This document shows, piece by piece, positions 27,419 to 39,964 of a DNA stretch of 64,000 bases (within the stretch, counting starts at the first letter, position 1; each line of letters starts with the position of its first letter). Origin of the DNA: Octopus vulgaris (Eukaryota); NCBI GenBank assembly GCA_951406725.2, contig OX597830.1, forward strand, positions 10,416,001 through 10,480,000, read 5' to 3'. The notes below the pieces were generated by a model. It worked only from the letters and a program-made list of their open reading frames with translations. It made no database searches and was not told where the DNA came from. A program made the position numbers and the translations under genes.

Positions 27419-29125
27419 CCAAGAACATAAATATTAGACAATGATCAATGAGACTTTGTGATGTTCATTCATTTTCAAATAACATAAACTATGTGGTTAG
27501 TATTGGTTGGCATTTTTAGGCGTTAACTGAACTGCACTGCAGAGACAGTACACCTCTGCTGTCCCCGGGGCTCTTTCCAGAAGCTAATTTCTACCCCTAA
27601 GTACACGTACCATCTTTCTACTCATAGATACACCACTCGTGGTATGACAACTCAATTAGTTCGCAGCATCCGTGAAGCTGCAGGGGAAACCAGATATTAG
27701 GGAAGTGTAACAGTACATATCTGCCTTAGTAACTTTCCCTCGGGATTTTCTGTAGGCGTTTGCTCCCTTAGCTTTTCTAAACGTTCAAATTACGCCACAA
27801 GTCAGCAGGGGTTTATTATTATAGTGGGCACTGTTTATGCAGAGCCGGTCCCATTTTATCGTTCTTCAAATTTGTATTAGTCTGGGGCAACAAGTGTCTT
27901 GAGCACAGAACTTAGCAGAATTCAGGATTTATTTACCTTCATCTAGATGAGCTTCAGTCTTCATTTCCCCGAATCGGTTGGAATCCTTGTGAGTGACCTT
28001 CTGAAGTAGATTCCGGTACATGTTAGTTAACCCATCACTGAGATCATGACCAATGCTGCAACTCTGGGTCAGAGTAGACCTGGGAACAATTGTGGTAAAG
28101 AGATGATTCTACACTCTTCCAGAACTGAGGCCCCACAACAGGATGGAACTTGAAATCATACCTAGAACAATAATCTTTGCAAATGAAGTGAAACTGTTTG
28201 AAGGGGAGAGTCGATAATGACTTGTGAATTTCACTCCACAAATCTAACCCTTCCTTCCTCCTCTACTATTTTACAATTTTCGCAAAGACCTGTCAACATT
28301 GGTCTATTATTTCTTCTTCGCTAATAGATTTAATCTATCTTCAAATTTAAAACTATCTCTTGAGTCTCTTGCACTAGGGGTGGGGATAAAGTTCTCCCTG
28401 GGCGACGTATTTATGGGAGCGGCACATTTGGTTCTGCTGTGTAAGCCTGCATAGGTTTAAAAGCCAGTGGAGAGGGATGGCAAACTGAAGGGGGTACCAG
28501 GATTGGAGCAGCAAAGAGATGCCTCGGGCGGGACATATTCTGCCACTGGACACTTGGTTACCTTGAGCAGCGTTCACACTGTTGCAAGCATTCAGGCCAG
28601 ATATTCGGTTTGTGGCGGAGGCCTCCCTCTCTCCTTTCTACAAATCTTGGACTCCCTGCAAAGCTTCACAGGTACGTTTTCTTCCTCTCGATTACACGAT
28701 AAAAAAAATTCTGATTAACCATAAAAGCTTCCAGCCTTGAAGGACGTCGGATACTGATGAGGTTCCCTGAATCCGCTCGAAAGACTTTGTAAGTATTACT
28801 AGAATGAATTTATATCTTCGATGCTTGAAAACCTGTTCGCAGTTGGGAATTGTCGACAAAATACCGTTTATTTTACATCATTAACAAAGCCAGATGAAAA
28901 CTGGATTAGAGCAGTATCACTCCATACTGAGTAAATAGTGGGCAGTGGATTTCCGTCGTTGGATCAACTGAAATATCTGCTCTAGAATAAGCGTCTAAGG
29001 GGCCGAGTACTCCACAGACACATGTACCGTTAAAGTAATTCACTGCCAGGGTCAACGTGACAGAATGTGTGATAAAGCTGTGCCATTTGAATTGCAGATT
29101 CAATTCACTCGATGGACATTTGTGA

Positions 29126-29316
29126 GTCCCGCCTACACGGTTTCTCTCGGTCCCGCCTACAGGTTTCTCTCGGTCCCGCCTACAAGGTTTCTCTCGGTCC
29201 CGCCTACACGGTTTCTCTCGGTCCCGCCTACACGGTTTCTCTCGGTCCCGCCTACACGGTTTCTCTCGGTCCCGCCTACAAGGTTTCTCTCGGTCCCGCC
29301 TACAAGGTTTCTCTCA
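29126..29316. repeat. 24 bp minisatellite x ~8, running into a SINE family A relic
   Basis: (gtcccgcctacac/aggtttctctcg)n followed by cacaaggtttggatcgaccc. Confidence 0.92.
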
Positions 29317-30069
29317 CAAGGTTTGGATCGACCCAGAGTTATACAAAATATTTTACCTCAAGATGTCTTGCGTTGGTATCGAAATTGGGACTTCGTGGTT
29401 GCGAAACAAACCTCAATCATTGGCCATACTGCACCTACACTACATGGGTACCACCTGAAAAATTTAGCAATGTGCTTATTCCTAACACCAAAGATAAGTA
29501 AGGTTACTCTGAGACCCAGGGAGTCAAAGAAGAGTTCGTCGATATAAAATTATCTGATCGGTCCTTCTCTCTTCCCAATTAAAAAACAAAATACACGAAT
29601 TTTGAGATGAAGCCTTCCTCTAGGAGACCCGAAAATTGTTTTGTTCCACCTTGAAAAGACTTCTTCGGGGCCCGGTTTAAACCTTGATTATATATCGTAG
29701 TAAAGTGCAATGCTTTTTTTCGCCCACACTACAGTTTGAAGAATAATTTTAAACGTCTTATTGCATGACAGATTATTCAGTTATGATATTTTAGAAATTA
29801 AATGAATTTTTTTTAAAAACTCAATAAGCAAAACAAAAGAGAAATATAAGGAAAGTAGTAAGAGTCCCGCGGGAACGTAGGAACCGAACCCCAGTCGCCT
29901 ACATAACGCCCACTTACGGTCTTAATTATCGTCACCACAGTTCTGAATTAATTCAAATTGGCTGCAATAAACCATTCCATCGTGCAATGAGGATTTGGTG
30001 GCTAAATTTGACAAATTTTAAACAATATTGTACTCTACGCATTTTTAACAGGAAAATTTCAAGAGCGTG

Positions 30070-30106
<37 letters not shown>

Positions 30107-30395
30107 ACACATCTGGGGGACCGCTATGACTTTAGAAGAACGAATCGACCTCACAACTGATTTTTTTTTTTTATCAAAGTCTTTTGCCAAACTGCTAGGC
30201 TATCGAGACGCAAACACAGCAATACTGGTTGTCAAGCGGTGCAACTGGACAAGCGCGCGCGCACACACACACACATATACACACACGCACACACACACAT
30301 ACACACACACACACATATATATATATATGTGTTTGTGTGTAAATTAAAAACGGTTAAAAGCTTTGTAAATATAAACTTTCATTATATATTGAATA

Positions 30396-30695
30396 TCTTT
30401 ATATATAAAAGTCAAGTTGTGTGTGTCTGTCTCCTACGATTTAGATTCGTAACTACTCCCACATTTTGCGGTGCAGTGTAACCAAAAGCGGGTATCTTAT
30501 AGTCGTGATTCATATCGAGCCCTTCTGGGTATTAGCGCGCGTCTACGATGAGTCTACGATTTTTAAAAAATTTACCATCATTTTTTCCCATTTTTAATGC
30601 ATTTTTTTAATATTATATAAGGGAAGTAACTCTCTAAAAATGCTTATATAGTTATTTCCCTTACAAACCCGAGCAACGCCGGGCGATACTGCTAG
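30396..30695 (+). mobile_element. Non-autonomous Helitron, 300 bp
   Basis: Inserted between A and T; 5' TC (tctttatatataaaag); 3' GC-rich hairpin cccgagcaacgccggg followed by terminal CTAG. Confidence 0.85.
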
Positions 30696-31051
30696 TAGAA
30701 AATAATCTAATATTATGGTATATAAAACCCCAACAGAAAGAAATGGGCATTATAGTACGCGTGGGAATCGAACCCGGACCTCTATATAATGTGCGTCAGG
30801 CCTTAGGTTTGTATTTTGAAGCCAACATCACTACTCTTCAGTTGCTGCTGCTTTGTTCGCGTCAATAATTTTGTGAGAATAAGTACGAGACTTCAAAATT
30901 AACTCTGGGCACGATTTTACTAGTGAAGCTTCAAGGAGGTATCCAGCATGGCCGCAGTCAAACGATTGAGAATGAGGATGAGCGTATATGAGTGTGTGTG
31001 TGTGTGTGTGGAAACGTATATGTATTTGTGTATGCGCGTGAATATGTGTGT

Positions 31052-31480
31052 ACACAAGCATCATGTAAGGATCTTCGAATGCTTCCATCACAGATGTCCG
31101 CAACAAGTTCTGAACGTTTTGCTCGCCCCTGCGGACTCGAGACACGAATGTCTCGAGGAAAGCCGACTCCCTGAGCATTGAGGCAATGTTGCACGAGCGC
31201 CATTTACTTTGGACTGGGCACTTTGTTCGGACGAAGGATCCCGAAGCAGATGCTTTATGGTGAACTTGTTTGTGGAAAGCACCTCCAGTAGGAACCAAGA
31301 CTATGATTTAAGGATTGTGCAAAGTCCTCGTTGAAGGCATGTTATATATATAAGAAAACAATTCGGAAAACAATACATGTCACCGTCACAAATGGAGGAA
31401 GCTAGTAACGGAAGGAGTTGGTGTTTTCGGTAAAACGGGTATTTTCTATGCCGAAATTAACCCATAAAACGCTGGGATTT
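31052..31480 (+). pseudogene. RTE-clade (BovB-like) LINE ORF C-terminal fragment, decayed
   Basis: Across frameshifts: HVRIFECFHHRC..VLNV / SIEAMLHERHLLWTGHFVR / IPKQMLYGELVCGK...PRL*FKDCAKSSLKAC / RHKWRKLVTEGV, the characteristic RTE post-RT motifs. Confidence 0.85.
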
Positions 31481-31579
31481 GCACTTACATAGCATGGACT
31501 GTTGAGCACATTTTACGAAAACGAGACTACTATACGCACATAAAAAACAAAAAATATTTAAGATATCTAAGTATATAAT

Positions 31580-31728
31580 CTTTTCTACTCTAGGCACAAG
31601 GCCCGAAAAATTGAGGGGATGGGCCCAGTCGATTAGATCGACTTCAGTACGCAACTGGTACTTAATTTATCGACCCCGAAAGAATGAAAGGCAAAGACGA
31701 CCTCGGCGGAATTTGAACTCAGAACGTA
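31580..31728 (-). mobile_element. 5'-truncated SINE family B with 11 bp TSD
   Basis: aagtatataat on both sides (31569 and 31729). Confidence 0.85.
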
Positions 31729-32250
31729 AAGTATATAATGGTGGCAAGTTTTAGTTGAACTATTAGTCCACTTTATTAGTTGAACTATTAGCCCTCTTGC
31801 ATTCTAGCGGGGGTTATATCGGATCATTTGAATAACATTAGACCCCTACAAACGCCCATAAATTAAATACATCTATCTGGGCCACGATCGTGGCCTGTCG
31901 ACCTGTGCCTGACTGCTACGATCGTGGCCCTTCGCGCTTTATGTATTAAGAGAGCTACTCCAAAATACACCGCCATTGTATGGGGCAAGATTTGTATTAT
32001 TTGCAAATGTATGCATTTCTCACGAGCTCGGCTCATTAGACATCGGTGTAAAGTGTAAATTTCTCTAAGTACACAATGTTCTAAATGTTCGGTGATAATC
32101 TTCTTCGGTCACAAGTGGACAGCCATCATATGTATGTGGGCGTGCACGGGATTGGTGGTGTCTCAGCATGGCCACAGCCTTTGCACTGGAACAATTAAAG
32201 GAAGGAAAGACATTATATAATGTGTGTGTGTATGTACATGTATCAGTATT

Positions 32251-32295
<45 letters not shown>

Positions 32296-32889
32296 AATGT
32301 GTGTATATATGTATGAGTAATATCTAAGTGTGTGCGCGTACGTTGTAAGAAGTAGTATGTGTTTGCGTAATATATTTTACGCTAAGATTCTATTACATAA
32401 AACCTGTGTGATTTCCATCAGGAAAGAAAATAAGATTTTGAGGTAGGCGTAATCTTTCCACCACAGTCAGTCCATCCGACACACACACACACGTATGTAC
32501 ATACATGCAATGCGTGCGTACGTGCGTATTCCTATGGTTTAAACTGAATTATTCCAAATTACCGCTTTCTAAAGTTGTCTTCCAAAGTTCTCTGATATCA
32601 TAATCATTAGAAAAGGAGGTGTGGGTGTGTGCCTGCGCTTCTGTATTTGGTTTTTTGTGTGTGTGTGTGTGTGTACACGGTTACCTGTACATATGAATAC
32701 GGATCTTAATGTACGCGAGTGTAAGTGGTGACATGGCTTCCCGCGGTTTCGTATATTTCTGTAGGGGTCTCCCTGTCTATGCGTCTAAATGGCCGTGTAT
32801 GTGTATGGTGCCTTGTGTATATACGTACCAGTATATATCTACGCTTGTATGTCGAAGTTTCCTACATCTGTGAGGATGCTTATGTAAAT

Positions 32890-34029
32890 ATGTGTGGGTG
32901 TACGAACATTTGTGTATGTGTGTGTACAAACATTTGTGTGTGTGTGTACGAACATTTGTGTATGTGCGTACAAACATTTGTGTGCGTACGAACATTTGTA
33001 TATGTGTGTGTGTACGAATATTTGTGTGTGTGTGTACGAACATTTGTGTGTGTGTACGAACATTTGCGTATGTGTGTGTACGAACTTTGTGTGTGTGTGT
33101 ACGAACATTTGTGTATGTGTGTGTACGAACATTTGTATGTGTGTGTGTACTTCTGTGTATGTGTGTGTACTTCTATGTCTGTGTGTACTTTTATGTGTGT
33201 GTTTCTGTATATGTGTGTGTACTTCTATGAATATATGTGCGTACTTCGATGTACATGCACGTGCTTTTATGTCTGTGTGCGTGCGTACTTATATGTATGT
33301 GTGTGCGTACTTTTATGTGTGTGTGTGTATATATCTACTTTTATGTGTGTGTGTCTACTTTTGTGTGTGTACATTTGTGTGCGTGTGTTCATGTACTTTT
33401 ATTTTGTGTACTTTTATGTATGTGTGTACTTCTATGTATGTGTACTTCTATGTGCGTGTGTGTGTACGAACATGTATATACGTACATGTGTTTGTACAAC
33501 CATGTTTGTATGTAGTGGTGTGTACGACCACTTATGTGTGTGTGTAAATCCATTCGTAAATGTACGTACATTCTTGTGTGTTCTTCCATTTGTGTTTGTG
33601 TGTGCATGCAGACCGTTTGTTTTCGTGTGCGACGATCATGTGCGTACGTACGACCGTTTGTGATTGAGTACGTACGACCATTTACGCAGGTGTACCATTT
33701 GTGTGTGTGCAGTAATGTGCGTGTACGGCCATTTCTGTGTCTGCGTACGACCAATTTGTATGTGTGTGTGCGCGCGCGCGACCGTTTGTGTGTCTGTGTG
33801 TACGGCCAATCTGTGTGTGTGTACGCGTTTGTAGGATCATGTGTGTACATGCGTGTGTGTGTGTGTGTGTGTGTGTTTGTGTATACGATCGTATGTGTGA
33901 GATCGTCCGTTTGTGTTTATGATCGTGTGTGTGTGTACAATCCTTTGAGTGCATGTGTGTGTCTGTACGGTCGTTTGTCTGTGTGTAGGGAGGTCTACGC
34001 TCATTTGTGGGTGTATATATTACGACTAG

Positions 34030-34063
<34 letters not shown>

Positions 34064-34140
34064 TACGATTATTTGCGTGCTAGTGTGTATTACAACCTGT
34101 GTATGTGTGTGTATGTATGTATGTAAGCTCGACCATTTGT
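32890..34140. repeat. (TG)n-based degenerate minisatellite with gtacgaacattt / gtacttt / gtacgacc cores
   Basis: Direct reading; ~20-22 bp period at the left end. Confidence 0.88.
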
Positions 34141-34496
34141 AAGTAGGCTTGTGTGTATTACCGTGTAGGTGATATCGTACATGGGAGTGTCGTAAATATC
34201 GGTGAAGAATTTCTTGTGAGGTGGAATTTTGCCAACGAGTGAAGGTAGAACAGTAACGACCGTTTTACTAAAACCGATGTTTCGTCTGAATTATTTTTCA
34301 TTGTCCTTTATTCTCCCAGATCTAAACAGGATGTTGTTAGAAATCTATTTAAAAGTTGCAATAACAGGTAATTAAGATTATTTGATAAAAGAAATCGTAG
34401 CACCTTGAATAAGTACCTTCTGCTGTAGCCTCGAGTCGACAAAACGTTTCTGTGTGGATTTCGTAGACGGAAGCTGAAAGAAGTTTGTCATGTAGT

Positions 34497-34659
34497 CGCA
34501 GGCGTGGCTGTGTGGCATGAAGCTTGCTTCCCAACCACATGGTTCCGGGTTCAGTCCCACTGCGTGGCACCTTAGGCAAGTGTCTTCTTACTATAGCCTC
34601 GGGCTCGACCAGAGCCTTGTGAGTGGATATGTCAGATGGAAACTGAAAGAAGCCTGTCG

Positions 34660-34693
<34 letters not shown>

Positions 34694-34790
34694 CCCACCG
34701 TCACTTGACAACCGATGTTGGTGTGTTTACGTCCCCGAAACTTAACGGTTCGGCAAAAGAAACTAATAGAATGAGTACTACGTTTACAAG
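34497..34790 (+). mobile_element. SINE family A, 3'-truncated
   Basis: gcaggcgtggctgtgtgg head through cggcaaaagaaactaatagaa. Confidence 0.88.
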
Positions 34791-35244
34791 AGAAGCCGTA
34801 CGGCTGCCACTCAACTCCATGAGGAGTCGAGACACTAGGAAGATGGAAAGAAGGATATTGTGTGCGTATGCGGGCGTTTGTTGGATGACGTGTTCTTTTG
34901 GTCGATACAACAAAAGTTTCTATCTTCCAACTGACTTTCCAATTGTGACCATCCCACCTTCTTTTAAACACTTCGCTGAAAACTAATTTACCAGTATATT
35001 CATCGATAATTCAGGGGTAAGAGAGAAACAGATAACTGCTGCTATTCAAAGCAGATCGTGCACCCATGTAGAGGCTCATTAGTTGACTTGTATGTGCATT
35101 TTGTTTGTACCTTGTATTTGTGTGTGTGTGTGATTTTGTTTGTATTTTCCATCTATATACTTAAGTCCTTGTAACGAAATGAATTCAAGAAGTTGAAGCC
35201 CCAAAGCAAAGCAAAGCCGTATATATGCAATATATACATTATAT

Positions 35245-35532
35245 AATGTTTCCTTCTCCAGCCATCCCTGGCTCATAAGGGCCGGTTTCCTTGGCGTATA
35301 GGCTCTCCACCTGGACGGGACGCCGGTCCGTCGTAGGTGATCTGCAAGATGCAGGAGGAAAGAGTGAGAGAAAGTTGTGGCGAAGGAGTCAGCAGAAGTT
35401 CGCCATTACCTTCTGCCGGAGCTGCGTGGAGCTTAGGTGTTTCGCTCATAAACACACACATCGCCCGGTCTGAGATTCGAACCCGCGACCGCGAGTCCGC
35501 TGCTCTAACCATTAGGCCATGTGCCTCCACAC
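35245..35532 (-). mobile_element. tRNA-derived SINE (family C-like body, different tail)
   Basis: Minus strand tggcctaatggttagagc...gggttcgaatctc A/B boxes; body ccacaactttctctcactcttt shared with 19080. Confidence 0.8.
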
Positions 35533-36159
35533 ATTATATAATAAGTGCATAGCATAGAGTCCAGAGCGTTACATTGTCGTTAGTGTTAGATATGAGACAG
35601 AATGCCTTGTGGTATTTCTCCCGTTCTTTTTGTCTTCTGCGTTGTTGAATACTACACTTAATCTCTCTCCCGTTTTAATCCTTCTTACTAATCCTTAAGT
35701 TCATTCTAGTTGCAAGCATGCAAACCTGATTCGCCGCTAAATGATCGCTGTCCTAATTTCCGCCCACCATTCGCGCAGATTCCGTCTTGCCATGTTTGCG
35801 ATCTGAGTTCTTGGATCGCGACACTCCTATCTCTTGATCCTTGAATTCCTTTAGTACATATCATCGTTACAACAAAAGGAGTTAGATCCCTTTTTAAACA
35901 GGGGAAACATTTTCACTTCCTGCCAGCAATCTCAGAGGCCTTGAAAAATAAATGGGGATGAACGTCGCCTTTCCATCGCTAAGAAGGAGAAGTCAAGGAA
36001 AAGTCAGTATCTGGCAGAACATACGATACCCTTTATATTCGGATTATTTTCTGTTTTATGATTTTAACTTTTAATGTTAAGAATTTTATGTAATATCATT
36101 GGATTATTTACCAAGTAAATTAGATCTGTCCTACATATAATATTTATATTACATGTAAA

Positions 36160-36295
36160 GGGGTTGATATTAGAAAGAGCGTTCAGCCATTAAAAAAAAA
36201 CATCCCAAAACAGCCGGTGCAGCTCTGCGGCTGACCAGCTCTCGTCACACTGTCCAGCTTCACCAAGCATTAAAAAACGGATGTTAAAGGATGAT
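36160..36295 (+). mobile_element. Retroposon 3' tail relic (RTE-related SINE/LINE end)
   Basis: gggttgatattagaaagagcgttcagcc...aaacggatgttaaaggatgat; recognised by resemblance only. Confidence 0.45.
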
Positions 36296-36666
36296 TACTA
36301 CGTGAGACTGGACTAAACGGAACAGGGAGAGACACATGGGTTGGAGGGTCGTTGAAGAGGTCTCAGAACGTGACGAAAGATTTTAAACAGAGGACACTAG
36401 AATAAAAATAATAAAACTGAACAGAAGAACGAGTATATAGTGCGTGTGATTAATTGGCAAAAAAAAAATGACCATCCCCAAAGACAACGATCAGTGTGTG
36501 CGTGCGCGCGCGCGCCCATGTATGGATACATTCACATACCGAAACGCGTATTTGCATCTGTACAAGCATATAGACCCGCGCATACATTTGTATAAGCATA
36601 TGTGCATATATATATATATACACACACACGTGTGTGTGTGTATTACACGCATGTTGACACACACAT

Positions 36667-36717
<51 letters not shown>

Positions 36718-37139
36718 TACATATATATATACACATGTATACATATATACATATACATAGATTATATATATATATACACACATACAGATGCACAAGTATT
36801 TACACAACAAAACGCACATATGCTTCTACATACAACATATATTGATGTTTCTCTCTCCCTCTCTTTCTCCCTGTACACACACACACACAAGCATACACAC
36901 ACGCACGCACACACGTACGCACGCACACGCACGCATGCATGCGCGCGCGCGCTCTGTAATCGCCAACACATTCTCAAATGTCTCTCGGATGTATTCTTTG
37001 GCAAATTGTTCCCTATAGGTTTTGAGGTTTTATTCATATTTCATGAACATTTCCATCTGGTTTTAACGTTAGCTAAAATATACATATTCTACCATTATCA
37101 CAGAATTAACTGGTGGTTGCACACTCTCTCCCCTCGCCG

Positions 37140-37161
37140 CCTCCGTCTATCCATCTACCTA

Positions 37162-37225
<64 letters not shown>

Positions 37226-37543
37226 GCTTCTGCATTTTTTGTCTTTTCAATACACTTTCTCTCTCTCTTACACACAAACACTTTTTGTTGCTTTCTTTCT
37301 CTCTAATCATCTGTCTGCCTGTCTATATCAATCTCTATCTTTCTCTCTCTCTATCTTTCTCTCTCTTATCTTTCTCTCTCTCTGTCTTTCTCTCTCTCTA
37401 TCTTTCTCTCTCTCTCCCTCTTTCTCTCTCTCTCCCTCTTCTCTCTCTCTCCCTCTTTCTCTCTCTCTCCCTCTTTCTCTCTCTCTCCCTCTTTCTCTCT
37501 CTCTATCTTTCTCTCTCTCTATATCTTTCTCTCTCTCCGTCTT

Positions 37544-37580
<37 letters not shown>

Positions 37581-37675
37581 GTCATTCTCTCTCTCTCTCT
37601 GTCATTCTTTCCCTGTCTCTGTCTGTCTATCTCTCTCTGTCTCTCTCTTTGTGTCTGCCTGTCTCTCTCTCTCTT
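37140..37675. repeat. (TCTA)n followed by a degenerate (CT)n tract
   Basis: Direct reading. Confidence 0.95.
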
Positions 37676-37911
37676 TATGCCGTGGCTGTAAATATATGAA
37701 CAGCTTACAAACCCCTGTCTAATCCACTAATACATAGAGACTTGTAAGATTGTTCATGTGTAATTTCACACTATAGAATATATCTATAGGTTTTAGTCTA
37801 CACCTTAGGCAGTAGTCAGATAGTAGCAAGTTCGCTTGCTATGCTACATTAGGAAAACACTTACAGAATTATTTTGCTTATTGCAAAATGCAGCATAAAA
37901 ACAACTAATAA

Positions 37912-38300
37912 AAAGAGCACTCAGAGAGCGCAAACCTCCGCCAAGGCAACACCAACGTCATCTCAACGATTTTGGGATCGATCCGTTACCGGACAAAATC
38001 AAGAGGTGATTTTTAAAATGAGAATATCTGAAATAAACTCGATTGCTCTCACAAATGAGAATACTAAAAATCAACCCGACCGCTCTCAAAAATTAATCAA
38101 AAAAAAAAGAAGGGAAGAATAATTCGGAATCCTTGTCCGGTATCGGATCGATCCCAAAATCAAATCAGTTTGTGCCAGTCACAAGGCCAAACATCCCTAA
38201 AAGTTTCATCCGAATCCATCTAGCGGTTCTTGAGATATCTTATCCACGGACAAACAAACAAATACGACTGGAAACAATACCGCCGTCTTAGCGAGGTAAT
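37912..38300 (+). mobile_element. Putative Helentron-associated (HINE/DINE-1-like) non-autonomous element
   Basis: Subterminal inverted motif acctccgccaag / cttagcgaggt, internal (caaa)n near the 3' end, second copy at 8640; classification is inference. Confidence 0.6.
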
Positions 38301-38548
38301 CAATGAACTAATAACTAATCAGGGAACTTCATTAATCTTCATTAACTTCAATCCCTAGTTATTTTGAAACCATATAAAATGAAATCATAAAATGTACCAT
38401 CATGCAACTAACACCCTTGTACCAACATTTGAAACCTTTTTTCTTACTACGGATCTGAATTTAAGAGATCAGGAAACTGGAAGAAACTGCCTGCTGTTAA
38501 GTCCTCATCAATTTCAAATTGTTCCTTTAGAGGAAAAAATTATTATTC

Positions 38549-38592
<44 letters not shown>

Positions 38593-38595
<3 letters not shown>

Positions 38596-38759
38596 TCGTC
38601 TGCCGCTACATTCTCAGTTCAAATTCCGCCGAGGTCGACTTTGCCTTTCATCTTTTCGTAGTCGATAAATTAACTACCAATGAAATTCTGGGGTCGATGT
38701 GATCTACTTACCCCCGCCCCACAAATTTCGGGCCTTTTGCCTGAAATTTGTAAAAAGGA

Positions 38760-38802
<43 letters not shown>

Positions 38803-38850
38803 GGCGGCGAACATGCAAAATCGTTAGCTGCCGGGCGAAATGATTAGCAC
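38593..38850 (+). mobile_element. SINE family B copies flanked by (TTA)n
   Basis: aaattccgccgaggtcgactttgcctttcatc core; second head aaggcggcgaac at 38801. Confidence 0.8.
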
Positions 38851-38902
38851 ACTCTTTATTCCAAAAAATTGTCTAACGAATGTCACCCAGTGTCCTATAT
38901 TC

Positions 38903-39592
38903 TTTACTCTTTTACTTTTTCCAATCATTTGACTGTGGCCATGCTGGAGCACCGCTTTTCGTCGAGCAAATCGACCCTAACTTATTCTTTGTAAGCCTAA
39001 TACTTATTCTGTCGGTCTCTTTTGCCGAGCCGCTAAGTTACCAGGATGGAAACGCACCCGCATTGGTTGTCAAGTGATGTTGGGGGGGGGGGGGGCAAAC
39101 ACACACACACAAACATATACACAAATATACACACATATATATATATATAGGCGCAGGAGTGGCTATAGGCGCAGGAGTGGCTGTGTGGTAAGTAGCTTGC
39201 TAACCAACCACATGGTTCCGGGTTCAGTCCCACTGCGTGGCATCTTGAGCAAGTGTCTTCTGCTATATATGTATATATGTATGTGTGTGTGTATTTGTGT
39301 GTGTGTTTGTCTCCCTAGCATTGCTGGTGTGTTTACGGTTCGGCAAAAGAGACCGACAGAATAAGTCCCGGGGTCGATTTGCTCGACTAAAGGCGGTGCT
39401 CCAGCATGGCCGCAGTCAAATGACTGAAACAAGTAAAAGAGTAAAAGAGTATATACATATATACGGCGGGCTTCTTTCAGTTTCCGTCTACCAAAGGCTA
39501 TAGTAGAAGACACTTGCCCAAGGTGCCATACAATTGGGACAGTGAACCCGGAACCATGTGGTCCGTACTTACCACACTGCCACTCCTACGTC
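38903..39592. mobile_element. Nested SINE family A: plus-strand copy inside a minus-strand copy
   Basis: Minus tail 38903-39125, plus copy 39149-39450, minus head 39460-39592. Confidence 0.85.
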
Positions 39593-39964
39593 TATTAGCG
39601 AAGTTGCTTTAAATGTTACATGCTAAAATCTTTCTTTCCCGAATATCAACTGCTGAAATTGAACTTACCTCTAATTGACCAGGGCGTCTTTTACGCCATC
39701 AAACGCGGTAATAAATTGTCAATGTCCAAATTATACGACAATTAAGCACTAAATTTTCGTCTGTTTAACTTAAACAAAACAGCAGCTGTAAATGTAATTT
39801 TTTTAAGAATGTTTAATAAATTATAACGTATAATTATAGTTTTGTTATTCAAAGACACCGACGTATTTCAAAGAAAAACTTTGCATAAAGATATATATAT
39901 ATTTATCATTTAATGAGCACAGTATAAAGTTACGAGTTATTAATAAATTCGTGCTCTGGAGACA

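Noticed and set aside
32890-33150. CRISPR-like repeat/spacer appearance
   Set aside because: Spacers are (TG)n, repeats are short and degenerate, no cas genes, eukaryotic context
35440-35530. tRNA gene
   Set aside because: A/B boxes are present but there is no complete cloverleaf, and it continues into a SINE body
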